Shown: positions 26,822 through 35,789 of the stretch, piece after piece
Numbering within the stretch: the first letter of the stretch is position 1
Layout: every line of letters begins with the position of its first letter
The notes under the pieces: model-generated
Told to the model about the DNA's origin: nothing
The model's input: only the letters and a program-made list of their open reading frames with translations
Databases searched by the model: none
DNA from: an uncultured bacterium
GTDB lineage: Bacteria; Acidobacteriota; HRBIN11; JAKEFK01
Direction of reading: 5' to 3'
Length of the DNA stretch: 64,000 bases
Assembly: GCA_963771165.1 (NCBI GenBank)
Contig: CAVYSN010000020.1
Coordinates: 357 to 64,356 of the forward strand
Made by a program: the position numbers and the translations under genes

Positions 26822-28000
26822 TCAGTCTGTGTAGCCTCTGCGGTGCCGTAAATCGACACCGGATCTCTTCGCATTGACCTGGATTGTGTGATAAACGCCT
26901 TTCTTGGGATGTGCTGGAGGTTGAAAACAGAGAAGGTACTGATGATTTAGATCTTCCATGACCTTGTTCAATCCGACGTTGAAATTTTGCGAATTGTAAA
27001 AAGCTGTTCCGCCTGTTTCAGAGGCCATTTCTACCAGGGAATCCTGGTATTCCGATTTGCCCCCAAGTCCGACTGTGTCGATTGTATAAAAAGTCACGTT
27101 CATTTTGTTTAACTTTCCGAGTGTAGTCTTGATTTCGCTGCGCAAATCCAGGTTATGTTCTATCAATTGCGAAAGGACCATAAATTCTTCCGTTGTGCTG
27201 GCGGTGCTGCCGAGGTTGGAGACGATGTCGTAGTATTGCCGACCGGGATCGACTGAAAAGCCGCCCGAGACATAAACGACGACCGAGTTATCGCCCAGAT
27301 TTTGGATCGCCATATGCTGCGCGAATTTTTCTAAAGCTTCCAATGTGAATTCGCTGAGTCGCTGTTCCTGCTGCGCGTAACTTTTAGCAAGCCTATACGC
27401 ATCTCTCACTCTATCGACCAGTTCTCCCCCCGCTCTATCAGTGCCCCCGTCGTCGGTGCTGATGACGCGATTGATTTCATCCATATTCTTCCGGACTGTG
27501 ATTTCTCGGTCGGCTCCCGCTTGAGCTTTCCCAATTAAAATCCGGATTCTGTTCAGATCTTTTGTGAAGGGTGAAACGACGCCCATTTTCCCGTTAGGGA
27601 GCAGGGCCGCCAGCATCACTTCGTGGCCTCCACCGGAGAGTGAGTTAATGAATTCTGACAGATGAGGTCTGATCGACCAGTATTCTCTTGCCGAGGTATT
27701 GAAAAGATCGAGAAAGATCACAAATTTTTTCGACACAGCCTGGACCGGCTTTTCGGATGGAACCGGCGCCAGACTTCCGGCGACCATTTGTTCTTCGAAA
27801 CAAGTAATGGGAACGATGGTTTTATCTTCACGCACTTCAAAGTCGGCCATTGTTAGACCGACGACCGGTTTACCATCCTTGTCCAATGCTTTTACCCATA
27901 CCTCAACTGTCGACACCGTGACCTGATAATCCTGTGAAGGGACTGGAAAACTGAACAGAATGATTGCAACAACACAGAAGGACTGTTTCAAATTGATCAT
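26822..28000 (-). CDS. Secreted VWA-like protein, tandem paralog 3
   Basis: 392 aa, colinear with paralogs 1 and 2. Starts 11 nt after the stop of the 679 aa gene. Confidence 0.75.
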   Translation of the reverse strand: MINLKQSFCVVAIILFSFPVPSQDYQVTVSTVEVWVKALDKDGKPVVGLTMADFEVREDKTIVPITCFEEQMVAGSLAPVPSEKPVQAVSKKFVIFLDLFNTSAREYWSIRPHLSEFINSLSGGGHEVMLAALLPNGKMGVVSPFTKDLNRIRILIGKAQAGADREITVRKNMDEINRVISTDDGGTDRAGGELVDRVRDAYRLAKSYAQQEQRLSEFTLEALEKFAQHMAIQNLGDNSVVVYVSGGFSVDPGRQYYDIVSNLGSTASTTEEFMVLSQLIEHNLDLRSEIKTTLGKLNKMNVTFYTIDTVGLGGKSEYQDSLVEMASETGGTAFYNSQNFNVGLNKVMEDLNHQYLLCFQPPAHPKKGVYHTIQVNAKRSGVDLRHRRGYTD

Positions 28001-28011
28001 GCTAATCTACT

Positions 28012-30051
28012 CTACTGAACTTGGGTTTTCATTTCCCTTGTTATCTCCTGGTTCTTTGCAGGATCGAGAGTACTGATCTTCAACTGGTATTGTCCTGGCG
28101 GAACGTCAGGTAGAGTCGCAAGGCGCCAGAACAAGCCCATGCCCTTTGGCTCAACCCGAGTCGGATTTTGCAAGAGTCCAAGAGTTTTTACTTCATTTGA
28201 TTTGCCGCCGGAATCGACAAGCATCACGCGAACTACGGGGATTTTACCAGTATTCGGAAGATTGTAAATCCGCAAATAAAAAACCTGCCCATCTACGGAT
28301 TTTTTTAACACAGGTGACATGTCGGGAAAAAACATCATGTCCTTCCCTTCTCGATAAGGATAGTTGATTTCTTTTCCGCGCTTGGTGAGACTAGCCGTGG
28401 GAGCGGGCCAAACCATCCAGTTCAGGTTCAATGCCGGGAAGAAAGGATAAGTCATTGTCATTGTCGGCTCGATCCCTTCGATCTGTACCGACTGATCCAG
28501 AATTTCATTCGTCTGAAGATTCACGATAGTCCAATGGACCGTTGCAGGTTCAAGGTTCCCCAGTAATACGTTCCAGATTTTTACTCCGGATGATTTCAGT
28601 TTGTCCTGCAAACCTTTGTTGGTCAAATCGAGCGAAAAGACAAAGTACGTCGAATCCAAAACTGTGCCGAATTTATCGGTCGCGAAAGCGTAAAACTCCA
28701 GGTCCACCAGCTCGGCTTTGTTCTGCAATAGAAACGGGCCATCGATCTGCACAAAGGATGGTATTCGCGAACTGTTCTGGTCCAGAACAAAGTCGGACCA
28801 GAAGCGGAAACCGGATTGCGGCTTTTCGTAGCTTTTGTAAATGAGTTCAGCAATCCTTGCTTTCTTTTCAAGTGAAGTGTAGTTTGCCGGATTTTTTGGT
28901 ATCAGCCATTTCGAAGAAACCGTGACATCCTTTGCCTGGACGTCCAGCCTGACGCTATTCAAGTCTTTCATTTTGTCTGTAGGCGCGTCAGCCTTCACAA
29001 CATAAAAAGTTTTGTCCGACGAAAGAATCTGATCGATGGTGCTGTTTACATCTGTTTGCGTTGTAATGAAATTTCCGTTCGTTCGAGAAGCCAGGTTTTT
29101 GAACAGGCCATGTTCCTGTGTGCCATTATGAAAAATGTGAATGTGCGCGTCGGTTCCTGCGATCAGGTCCGGCAAAGTGTCTCCGCTTTGTTTTGGTCCT
29201 TTTCTCCTGATTCCGCCCGACGATGCTTTCTTTTCCAATCTTTCCGGAGTTAGAGAAGTGTCCGTAATGCTATCAATGTCCTCGTGAGGAATTTCAACAG
29301 GTTGATCGCCCGTTTGTCTCTTTTTGGGAGCTTTATCTCTTAACGGCAGATTGATACTAAGACCACCCGTGTCGGCGCCGGGGCTGAAAAGAATTATATG
29401 CTTTCTTCCGTCAAGAGCAGAGAGGAGGAAACCGAGATCGGCGATGCTTTGCAGAAGAATCGGACTGGCATCTTTTTTGTCTTTTTCAGATACCGCATAG
29501 GTTCGGATATTTTGCAGGAAATCGGCATCCGGAAGCAGCGTCAACTGTTTTTCTTGAGCGTCGAAATCTTCCGAATAGAGATTCCCTTCAGGGCCTTCAA
29601 ACATACCTGCCATCTTTTTCTGACCCATCCAATTGAGACCCGCGATCACTTTATTTCTGTCCGCCGTTGGCATGCAAAACATCTTCAATCCTTCCTGCAT
29701 CGTGATTCCCGCAATTGCGATCAAGTCCGCCTTATCGATTTTGGAAAGAAATGTTTCAGTTGTTTTTCTGGCCTGAATCATATTTTCGGGTGAGGAAAAA
29801 AGAAAATCATAAACAAAAACATAAAGCCGTCTTCCGCCCGGATGAGCCAAAACTTGAGGAGAACGGTTCGAAGTATCCACATACACGACTTCGGAAACCG
29901 CAGCGTTGAACTCCTCCAATCGCAAACTGATCTGTCCTTTGTCAATCGGACCTGCTCCGGGTGCGACAAAAGTTAAATAAACAGGCGCAGCTGCGAGAGG
30001 TATTGCAGCGATCGTCAAAACACAAAATAGAAAAACAAATCTTCTGTTCAC
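28012..30051 (-). CDS. Large secreted protein with N-terminal VWA-like region, first gene of the VWA operon
   Basis: Signal peptide (LTIAAIPLAAAP). The VWA-like strands are RRLYVFVYDFLFSS, DLIAIAGI and HIILFSPGADTGG. The C-terminal ~300 aa have no motif I recognise. Confidence 0.6.
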   Translation of the reverse strand: MNRRFVFLFCVLTIAAIPLAAAPVYLTFVAPGAGPIDKGQISLRLEEFNAAVSEVVYVDTSNRSPQVLAHPGGRRLYVFVYDFLFSSPENMIQARKTTETFLSKIDKADLIAIAGITMQEGLKMFCMPTADRNKVIAGLNWMGQKKMAGMFEGPEGNLYSEDFDAQEKQLTLLPDADFLQNIRTYAVSEKDKKDASPILLQSIADLGFLLSALDGRKHIILFSPGADTGGLSINLPLRDKAPKKRQTGDQPVEIPHEDIDSITDTSLTPERLEKKASSGGIRRKGPKQSGDTLPDLIAGTDAHIHIFHNGTQEHGLFKNLASRTNGNFITTQTDVNSTIDQILSSDKTFYVVKADAPTDKMKDLNSVRLDVQAKDVTVSSKWLIPKNPANYTSLEKKARIAELIYKSYEKPQSGFRFWSDFVLDQNSSRIPSFVQIDGPFLLQNKAELVDLEFYAFATDKFGTVLDSTYFVFSLDLTNKGLQDKLKSSGVKIWNVLLGNLEPATVHWTIVNLQTNEILDQSVQIEGIEPTMTMTYPFFPALNLNWMVWPAPTASLTKRGKEINYPYREGKDMMFFPDMSPVLKKSVDGQVFYLRIYNLPNTGKIPVVRVMLVDSGGKSNEVKTLGLLQNPTRVEPKGMGLFWRLATLPDVPPGQYQLKISTLDPAKNQEITREMKTQVQ

Positions 30052-30420
30052 GGATCACTCCTGGCTCTCAACACAGAGACGGTCAAAGAGCTTACTTTGG
30101 AACCTACAATATAATGTATCGCGTCAAATGAGAAAAGTATTTCCTGTTCTTGCGATCTGTTTATTTCCCGGTGCATGGACGGGATCCGACGATGACCAGG
30201 TTCATCCGCCCTTCAACTTGCGACAACGATCCGCACCCACCTCAGCGGAGTTTCAGAGACGATTTCGTGAATCCCGGCCTGCAATAGTACCGGCGCGCTG
30301 TAGCGCTGCCGTCTACGGAAAAGCGCTCACCGTTGCTTACAGAAATCTCGTACGACATCGGAAAGGGAAGGAACCCCGCGTAAATCATCCATGCAGCATG
30401 CAGATGTTCAAATTCAAGCG

Positions 30421-31698
30421 CTACAACGGTAGTTTCAAGATTACGGCTGGTTTTAATTCGGCCTTCGGATTTTCAAGGAAAGGTCCGATCATGCTATTCC
30501 CAACGTAATAAAAATCGTCCCCCACCACCACTCCCAAGGTCGGTTCAGGGAATATTTCATGGTTCGATTCAAGAATCTCCACACGTTCGATCCGGCTTGC
30601 ATCTGGACTGACGGAAATCCGTAGCACACGGTGCGGTTGTACGCCGTTCTGGATTGCAATCAGATCTGTTCCATGTCTGTAAAGACCATCAATTCCTGCT
30701 ACGGTTGTTGTTCCCGGCGCGCGGCTTAATTTCCAGTGTTTTCGCGTGGAAAGATCAACTCCGAAAATGCCTCTGCTGTAATCCGCGACAAACAGAACCT
30801 TTTCATCCTGCGACAGGCAGGCTCCCTGCGGTGAGCGGAATGGATCGGGGCCAATAAATAACTCCAGTTTTCCCTGTTTCAAAAAATAGATTGCTGGCGC
30901 GAGATTGTCGGTAGCATAAACGTTTCCTTTTGAATCGACAACGACTTCACCTAAAACATGATCTCCCTCGCTCAGGACGTATCTGTTCAATAATTTACCC
31001 TGCTTTAAGTCATACTCGAAAATTCCTGACTTTCCTTTCTCATCTCCGGCCAGTGCACTGCTCGCAACCCATAATTTGTGGCTTCGATGATCCAGACTCA
31101 TGCCCAGCACACTCCAGAGTCCATCAGCGGGCTTTGAAAATTCCTGAAACCGACCATCTTTGTATCGGATGATCTGCCTCTTCGCCACGCCCCCAAAATA
31201 AAATGTTTGTTCGGCCGGATCATACGCAATTCCTTCAGGTATGAATGAACTATCGGCGATCGTAATGGCCGGCTTGCTGATCTGGACAGGCTTCAGATTT
31301 CCCTGAAACCTTTCGACTACTAGATTAAAAGTTGACGATTTATGTACGGAAGCGAATTGAGAGTCTTCCTGGGGTTTGTACGAAAGCCCCAAATCGGCGA
31401 GTTTGTTCAATGTGCTGATTGCCGATTCCTGGTTTCCGGTTAATGCATAGCCGCGGGCTAAAAAATACAGAATCGTTGGATGATCCGCGCCGGCTTGAAT
31501 CGATTTCTCCAAGAATTCAACGTTGGCAACGTAGTCCTTTTTCTCGTATGCTTCGTTAGCCTGTTGAAAATATTCGGACGCTGTTTGGGCCTCCGACAAC
31601 GCAATGAAAAGGATAAACACATTGAATACGTGAATCACTTTTAACACTTTCAAACTCCTCGAGAATTGGAAGTATCGCACCAAAAGAACTGGATTCAA
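30421..31698 (-). CDS. Secreted protein with N-terminal TPR-like region and SMP-30/gluconolactonase/LRE-like beta-propeller
   Basis: Signal-anchor, then YFQQANEAYEKKDYVANVEFLEKSI (TPR-like). Repeated propeller-like blades follow: PEGIAYDP, LWVASS, GNVYATDN, LFVADY. Confidence 0.55.
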   Translation of the reverse strand: MNPVLLVRYFQFSRSLKVLKVIHVFNVFILFIALSEAQTASEYFQQANEAYEKKDYVANVEFLEKSIQAGADHPTILYFLARGYALTGNQESAISTLNKLADLGLSYKPQEDSQFASVHKSSTFNLVVERFQGNLKPVQISKPAITIADSSFIPEGIAYDPAEQTFYFGGVAKRQIIRYKDGRFQEFSKPADGLWSVLGMSLDHRSHKLWVASSALAGDEKGKSGIFEYDLKQGKLLNRYVLSEGDHVLGEVVVDSKGNVYATDNLAPAIYFLKQGKLELFIGPDPFRSPQGACLSQDEKVLFVADYSRGIFGVDLSTRKHWKLSRAPGTTTVAGIDGLYRHGTDLIAIQNGVQPHRVLRISVSPDASRIERVEILESNHEIFPEPTLGVVVGDDFYYVGNSMIGPFLENPKAELKPAVILKLPL

Positions 31699-31766
31699 AG
31701 TTATCGCGTCTGCTTGAATTCGATTGATCGCTGTGATAGTATCCGATCAATTCATTCAATTCTCTC

Positions 31767-32147
31767 TTGCCGACTCAAACAAGAAAGTTCATTGATAGGG
31801 AAGGTCGCGCTAAGGAGGTTAAAGAAATCTTGAACAGAAAGCTAATTCGTCCAAATCTGACTGAAATAAAAGAACAGTATTCTTCAAAACCAAAAGGTAA
31901 AAAACCGGCTCCTCCGGATCAAACAAATGCGGAGAATTACTATTTCATCCGGCAAATGAATAATAAGACCCAGATGGTAATTCTCTTAAGAGATGGGGAA
32001 GAGATACACGGGATCATCGAATGGTATGACAAGAATTGTATTAAGGTTCACCGTGCGGGTGCTCCCAATCTTTTGATCTATAAAGAAAGCATTAAATACA
32101 TCTTCAAAGATCCCATGTTTGATACCGAGGATAACGAGGATAAGTAA
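31767..32147 (+). CDS. Hfq/Sm-like protein with a Lys-rich N-terminal extension and acidic tail
   Basis: The core TQMVILLRDGEEIHGIIEWYDKNCIKVHRAGAPNLLIYKESIKYI aligns by eye with Hfq Sm1/Sm2 (V.I.L.NG..L.G.IE.FD...I.L....VYKHAIS). TTG start; 6 nt upstream of pdxA. Confidence 0.5.
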   Translation: MPTQTRKFIDREGRAKEVKEILNRKLIRPNLTEIKEQYSSKPKGKKPAPPDQTNAENYYFIRQMNNKTQMVILLRDGEEIHGIIEWYDKNCIKVHRAGAPNLLIYKESIKYIFKDPMFDTEDNEDK

Positions 32148-32152
32148 GTCTT

Positions 32153-33148
32153 TTGCAATTGCGTCCCAAGTTAGGGATTACACTGGGTGATCCGGGTGGC
32201 ATTGGCCCCGAAGTCCTGCTGAAAGCGCTGCAAAAAACATCAGGCCGGTATATTGTTTTTGGTTCGATGAAGGTCCTGCGTCATCATTCCTCACGACTGA
32301 AGATTCCATTAGATTCCTCGCGTTTAGAAGTTGTCGATATCGACAACGTTCCGAGACCTTATTTTGGCCCTGCTCCTGAAACAGCCGGACGCGCTTCTAT
32401 TGACTATTTGGAGACCGCCTTTGAATATTTTCGCCGTGGAAGGGTGAATGCAATCGTTACAGGTCCGATCCATAAAGAAAGCTGGCACGCATCCGGATTT
32501 CACTACCCCGGGCAAACTGAATACTGCGCAAAGAAAACCGGAACATCCGACTTCTGTATGCTCATGGCGGGAAAAAAATTCAAGATTGCCTTGCTTTCAA
32601 CTCATCTTTCGCTGCGAGATGCGATGCGGCAGGTCAAACGAAAAAAAATAGCTGATAAGATCAGGTTGATTCACCGGGAGTTTGTGAAATTGGGATGCAG
32701 CCATCCGCGCATTGGATGCGCTGCATTGAACCCGCATGCCGGCGAGAAAGGTGCTTTCGGCGCCGAGGAAATCAATGATATAGAACCTGCTCTGAAAGAG
32801 TTGCGGGAGGAAGGCATCGAAGTGGAAGGACCCATTGCCCCTGAAGTCATATTTCGTGTTGCGGCAACCAGAGCATCCTGGGATGTAATTCTCGCGATGT
32901 ATCACGACCAAGCGATGATTCCGTTGAAGTTGCTGGAATTTGAGAGCAGCGCAAATGTCACGCTCGGTCTACCATTGATCCGGACATCTCCCGATCATGG
33001 CACCGCCTTTGATATAGCCGGGAAAGGTGTAGCGGATCCGGGGAGCATGATTTACGCGATGCGACTCGCCTCGGATTGGACCAACCGAAGACTTTTAACC
33101 GCCAAGACGCCAAATTCGCCAAGTATCTTCAAGAGAACTAAATTCTAA
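32153..33148 (+). CDS. pdxA: 4-hydroxythreonine-4-phosphate dehydrogenase
   Basis: GITLGDPGGIGPE, ALNPHAGE and TSPDHGTAFD motifs. The last 18 codons (LLTAKTPNSPSIFKRTKF) are read from the hairpin element at 33095-33188. Confidence 0.9.
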   Translation: MQLRPKLGITLGDPGGIGPEVLLKALQKTSGRYIVFGSMKVLRHHSSRLKIPLDSSRLEVVDIDNVPRPYFGPAPETAGRASIDYLETAFEYFRRGRVNAIVTGPIHKESWHASGFHYPGQTEYCAKKTGTSDFCMLMAGKKFKIALLSTHLSLRDAMRQVKRKKIADKIRLIHREFVKLGCSHPRIGCAALNPHAGEKGAFGAEEINDIEPALKELREEGIEVEGPIAPEVIFRVAATRASWDVILAMYHDQAMIPLKLLEFESSANVTLGLPLIRTSPDHGTAFDIAGKGVADPGSMIYAMRLASDWTNRRLLTAKTPNSPSIFKRTKF

Positions 33149-33188
33149 ACCTTGGCGTCCTTGGCACTCTTGGTGTCTTGGCGGTTAA
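33095..33188. repeat. Hairpin element, GCCAAG family
   Basis: Arms are ttaaccgccaagacgccaaattcgccaag (33095-33123) and cttggcgtccttggcactcttggtgtcttggcggttaa (33151-33188). Overlaps the pdxA 3' end and the spurious upstream start of the ruvX ORF call. Confidence 0.85.
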
Positions 33189-33202
33189 TTCATCGAGGAA
33201 AA

Positions 33203-33604
33203 ATGCGAATCCTGGGATTGGACGTGGGCAAAAGACGGATCGGAGTTGCAATCACCGATCCTCTTGCGATCACGGCCCGGCCGCATTCCACGATGGATCG
33301 AAACAGGGAAGCGACGGAAAAAATCCGTAAACTGGTTGATGAATTGCAGATCGGAAGAATCGTGGTCGGCCTTCCTCTTCATTTGAGCGGTGCAGAGGGG
33401 GAACAAGCACAGGATGTGCGGACATTTGTTGCAAAGCTGCAGTCAGTCGTGACAATTCCAATCGAGTTTCAGGATGAAAGGTTGACAACCGTCGAAGCCG
33501 AATACAGATTATCGGATCGCAGGGGTGATTGGCGGAAGAGGAAAAACAAAATTGATGCGGTTGCCGCATCCATTCTGCTGGAGGAATATTTACGGGAACG
33601 ATGA
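33203..33604 (+). CDS. ruvX: Holliday-junction resolvase-like nuclease RuvX/YqgF
   Basis: MRILGLDVGKRRIGVAITD start with GAGG 6 nt upstream. The track start at 33152 lies inside the hairpin repeat. Confidence 0.85.
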   Translation: MRILGLDVGKRRIGVAITDPLAITARPHSTMDRNREATEKIRKLVDELQIGRIVVGLPLHLSGAEGEQAQDVRTFVAKLQSVVTIPIEFQDERLTTVEAEYRLSDRRGDWRKRKNKIDAVAASILLEEYLRER

Positions 33605-34629
33605 AAAAGGTTTTCGCGATATTTTTATTGATCTGCCTGATATCGGGAGTTGCGGGATTCCTACATATTCGTAAGCAAATTGTTACTCCGTACAAAGGAT
33701 ATTCGGCCACCAGGATCGCAGTCACGATCCTGCCGGGCAGCTCGGTCAATTCGATTGCACATACTCTTCATAAAAAAGGGATCATTCCACATCCCTGGTA
33801 TTTGAAGGGAATTTTCATCTGGAACAAAACAGCCGGACAGAGCAAGGCAGGAGACTACGCCTTTGATAAACCAATGTCTCCCTGGGACGTCTATGAAAAG
33901 TTGATGAAAGGTGAGATGCAATACACCGTGGTCACGATCCCGGAAGGTTCCAATATTTTCGATGTGGAAAACATCTTTGAAGCGAAGAATGTTGGCCGCA
34001 AAGAAGATTTTAGAATGGCCCTGGATTCAAAAGAAGTTCAAAACGGTTTAAAAATGATCGATCCTGCGATTGAAAAGCCTGAAGGGTTTCTGTTTCCCAA
34101 TACATATTTTTTTACGAAGAGAGAACTGGATGCCCGAACGGGAATCTTATTCATGATCAGGCAATTTCAGAAAGAATATGGTCCGGCAGAACGCGCGCGA
34201 GCCGCCGAACTGAAATTGACTACATTGCAGGTAATTGCGCTTGCCAGTTTGATTGAGAAAGAAACGGCAAGAACCGAAGAACGTTCTCTAATTTCAGGGG
34301 TATTTCACAACCGGTTGAAAAAATCGATGTTATTGCAATGCGACCCGACTGTGATTTATGCCATCATGCTTGAGGGAAATCATGACGGGCATATTTCGCG
34401 TGCTGACTTGCAGTTTGAATCCCCTTACAACACCTACGTGAGTGCGGGTTTGCCGCCCGGTCCGATTTGTAATCCAGGCCGGGATTCAATTCAGGCGGCC
34501 CTTCATCCGCAGGAAACGGATAAGATCTACTTCGTTTCAAAGAATGACGGGAGTCATCACTTCTCAGCTACGCTACAGGAGCATAACCGCGCTGTGCAGC
34601 AATACCAACGTGGCAAACGATCCTCGTAG
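33601..34629 (+). CDS. mltG: Endolytic murein transglycosylase MltG (YceG family)
   Basis: N-terminal TM segment and conserved ...LASLIEKET...ISGVFHNRLK...LQCDPTVIY...YNTY...GLPPGPICNPG. Confidence 0.9.
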   Translation: MKKVFAIFLLICLISGVAGFLHIRKQIVTPYKGYSATRIAVTILPGSSVNSIAHTLHKKGIIPHPWYLKGIFIWNKTAGQSKAGDYAFDKPMSPWDVYEKLMKGEMQYTVVTIPEGSNIFDVENIFEAKNVGRKEDFRMALDSKEVQNGLKMIDPAIEKPEGFLFPNTYFFTKRELDARTGILFMIRQFQKEYGPAERARAAELKLTTLQVIALASLIEKETARTEERSLISGVFHNRLKKSMLLQCDPTVIYAIMLEGNHDGHISRADLQFESPYNTYVSAGLPPGPICNPGRDSIQAALHPQETDKIYFVSKNDGSHHFSATLQEHNRAVQQYQRGKRSS

Positions 34630-34714
34630 GCATGCGGTGCGGATGTCCCGTCCGCTGGCACGGCCTGTTGTATTCGAGCGATTTGCGGGCGAGCCTCCCG
34701 CGCCACATCGATAA

Positions 34715-35092
34715 TTAACGCTTACAAAATGCGAAGATCATCAAGGTATGGCCAGCGAGGAAGCACAGGCCTCCGAGAGGTGTAATGGCTCCAAGCCATT
34801 TGATGCCGGACCAGGCAAGCAGATACAAACTGAACGAAAAAAGCACAATACCCGCTGCATGCAGGTAACCGGCGGTTTGAAACAGACTATTCCGCTCACT
34901 GAAGAGAGCTGCCAGCAGGATCGCCAGCGAATGGTACATCTGGTATCGAACACCCGTTTCAAACGTATTCATCGCAGATTCAGTCATTTGCGACTTTAAA
35001 CCATGCGCGGCAAAAGCTCCCAGAGCAACACCCAGAAAAAGACCTAGAGATCCAAGGATACCAAGCGTTCGCACGACGCTATCATACACCAC
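34715..35092 (-). CDS. DUF423-family small membrane protein
   Basis: 125 aa with four TM segments. GAFAAHGLK and YQMYHSLA motifs, as I recall them for DUF423/YgdD. Confidence 0.7.
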   Translation of the reverse strand: MVYDSVVRTLGILGSLGLFLGVALGAFAAHGLKSQMTESAMNTFETGVRYQMYHSLAILLAALFSERNSLFQTAGYLHAAGIVLFSFSLYLLAWSGIKWLGAITPLGGLCFLAGHTLMIFAFCKR

Positions 35093-35134
35093 AGTGTTAA
35101 AATCGATTCAAACACATGAAGTTTTTATCGAGAG

Positions 35135-35701
35135 TTGGCAACTATAATGAAGACAGAGGAGGAACCGGTGAAAACGAGGATTCTTTTGGCGGCCATCGCG
35201 GTCGTTGTGGTTTACGGCTTAACAGCTATTTCAGCTCCCGAACCACGATCGGCCGGCGAAGGCCAAATTAAGGTTTATTCTGTGGATCAAAAGAGGTTCA
35301 TTATGACAAATAAGGTAAATAAATCGGAAGAAGAGTGGAAAAAACAACTGACACCTGAGCAGTTTCACGTTACGCGCGAGCAAGGGACGGAACGCGCATT
35401 TACGGGAAAGTACTGGGATAATCACGAGAAAGGCGTGTACCGATGCGTTGCCTGCGAAAATGATCTGTTTCATTCGAAAACAAAATTTGAATCAGGAACC
35501 GGTTGGCCGAGCTTTTATGAACCAGTTGCAAAGGAGAACGTTGAAACAGAAACGGACAACAGTCTGTTGATGAAGCGAGTGGAAGTGCATTGTAGCCGTT
35601 GCGGTTCTCACCTGGGTCACGTGTTTGAAGATGGTCCACGCCCAACGGGTCTGCGATATTGCATCAATTCTACCTCTCTAAAATTCGATAAGGAAAAATA
35701 A
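35135..35701 (+). CDS. msrB: Peptide-methionine (R)-S-oxide reductase with N-terminal membrane anchor/signal
   Basis: [56 protein letters not shown] and RYCINS. Confidence 0.9.
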   Translation: MATIMKTEEEPVKTRILLAAIAVVVVYGLTAISAPEPRSAGEGQIKVYSVDQKRFIMTNKVNKSEEEWKKQLTPEQFHVTREQGTERAFTGKYWDNHEKGVYRCVACENDLFHSKTKFESGTGWPSFYEPVAKENVETETDNSLLMKRVEVHCSRCGSHLGHVFEDGPRPTGLRYCINSTSLKFDKEK

Positions 35702-35703
35702 TC

Positions 35704-35780
35704 TTTACCACGGAGTCACGAAGAACACAGAGCTAAAACCCATTTCATTTGCTCCGTGTGCTCTGTGGCTCCGTGGTTAA
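35704..35780. repeat. Hairpin element, CACGGAG/CACAGAG family
   Basis: Arms are tttaccacggagtcacgaagaacacagagc (35704-35733) and gctccgtgtgctctgtggctccgtggttaa (35751-35780). Lies between convergent genes. Confidence 0.85.
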
Positions 35781-35789
35781 ACGTACGGG

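Noticed and set aside
30170-30260. Possible TPP-type riboswitch (ctgagg ... gggtgc ... gaacctggtc on the minus strand)
   Set aside because: The order of the pieces is wrong for the TPP aptamer, in which GGGGUGC precedes CUGAGA. The pairing partners are missing, and the downstream genes have no thiamine link.
30128-30508. 126 aa ORF with a signal-peptide-like start in the long spacer upstream of the VWA operon
   Set aside because: It is Arg-rich after the first 20 residues. It overlaps the 3' end of the convergent propeller gene by 88 nt. It has no ribosome-binding site that I can see. I kept the region only as an unexplained non-coding stretch.
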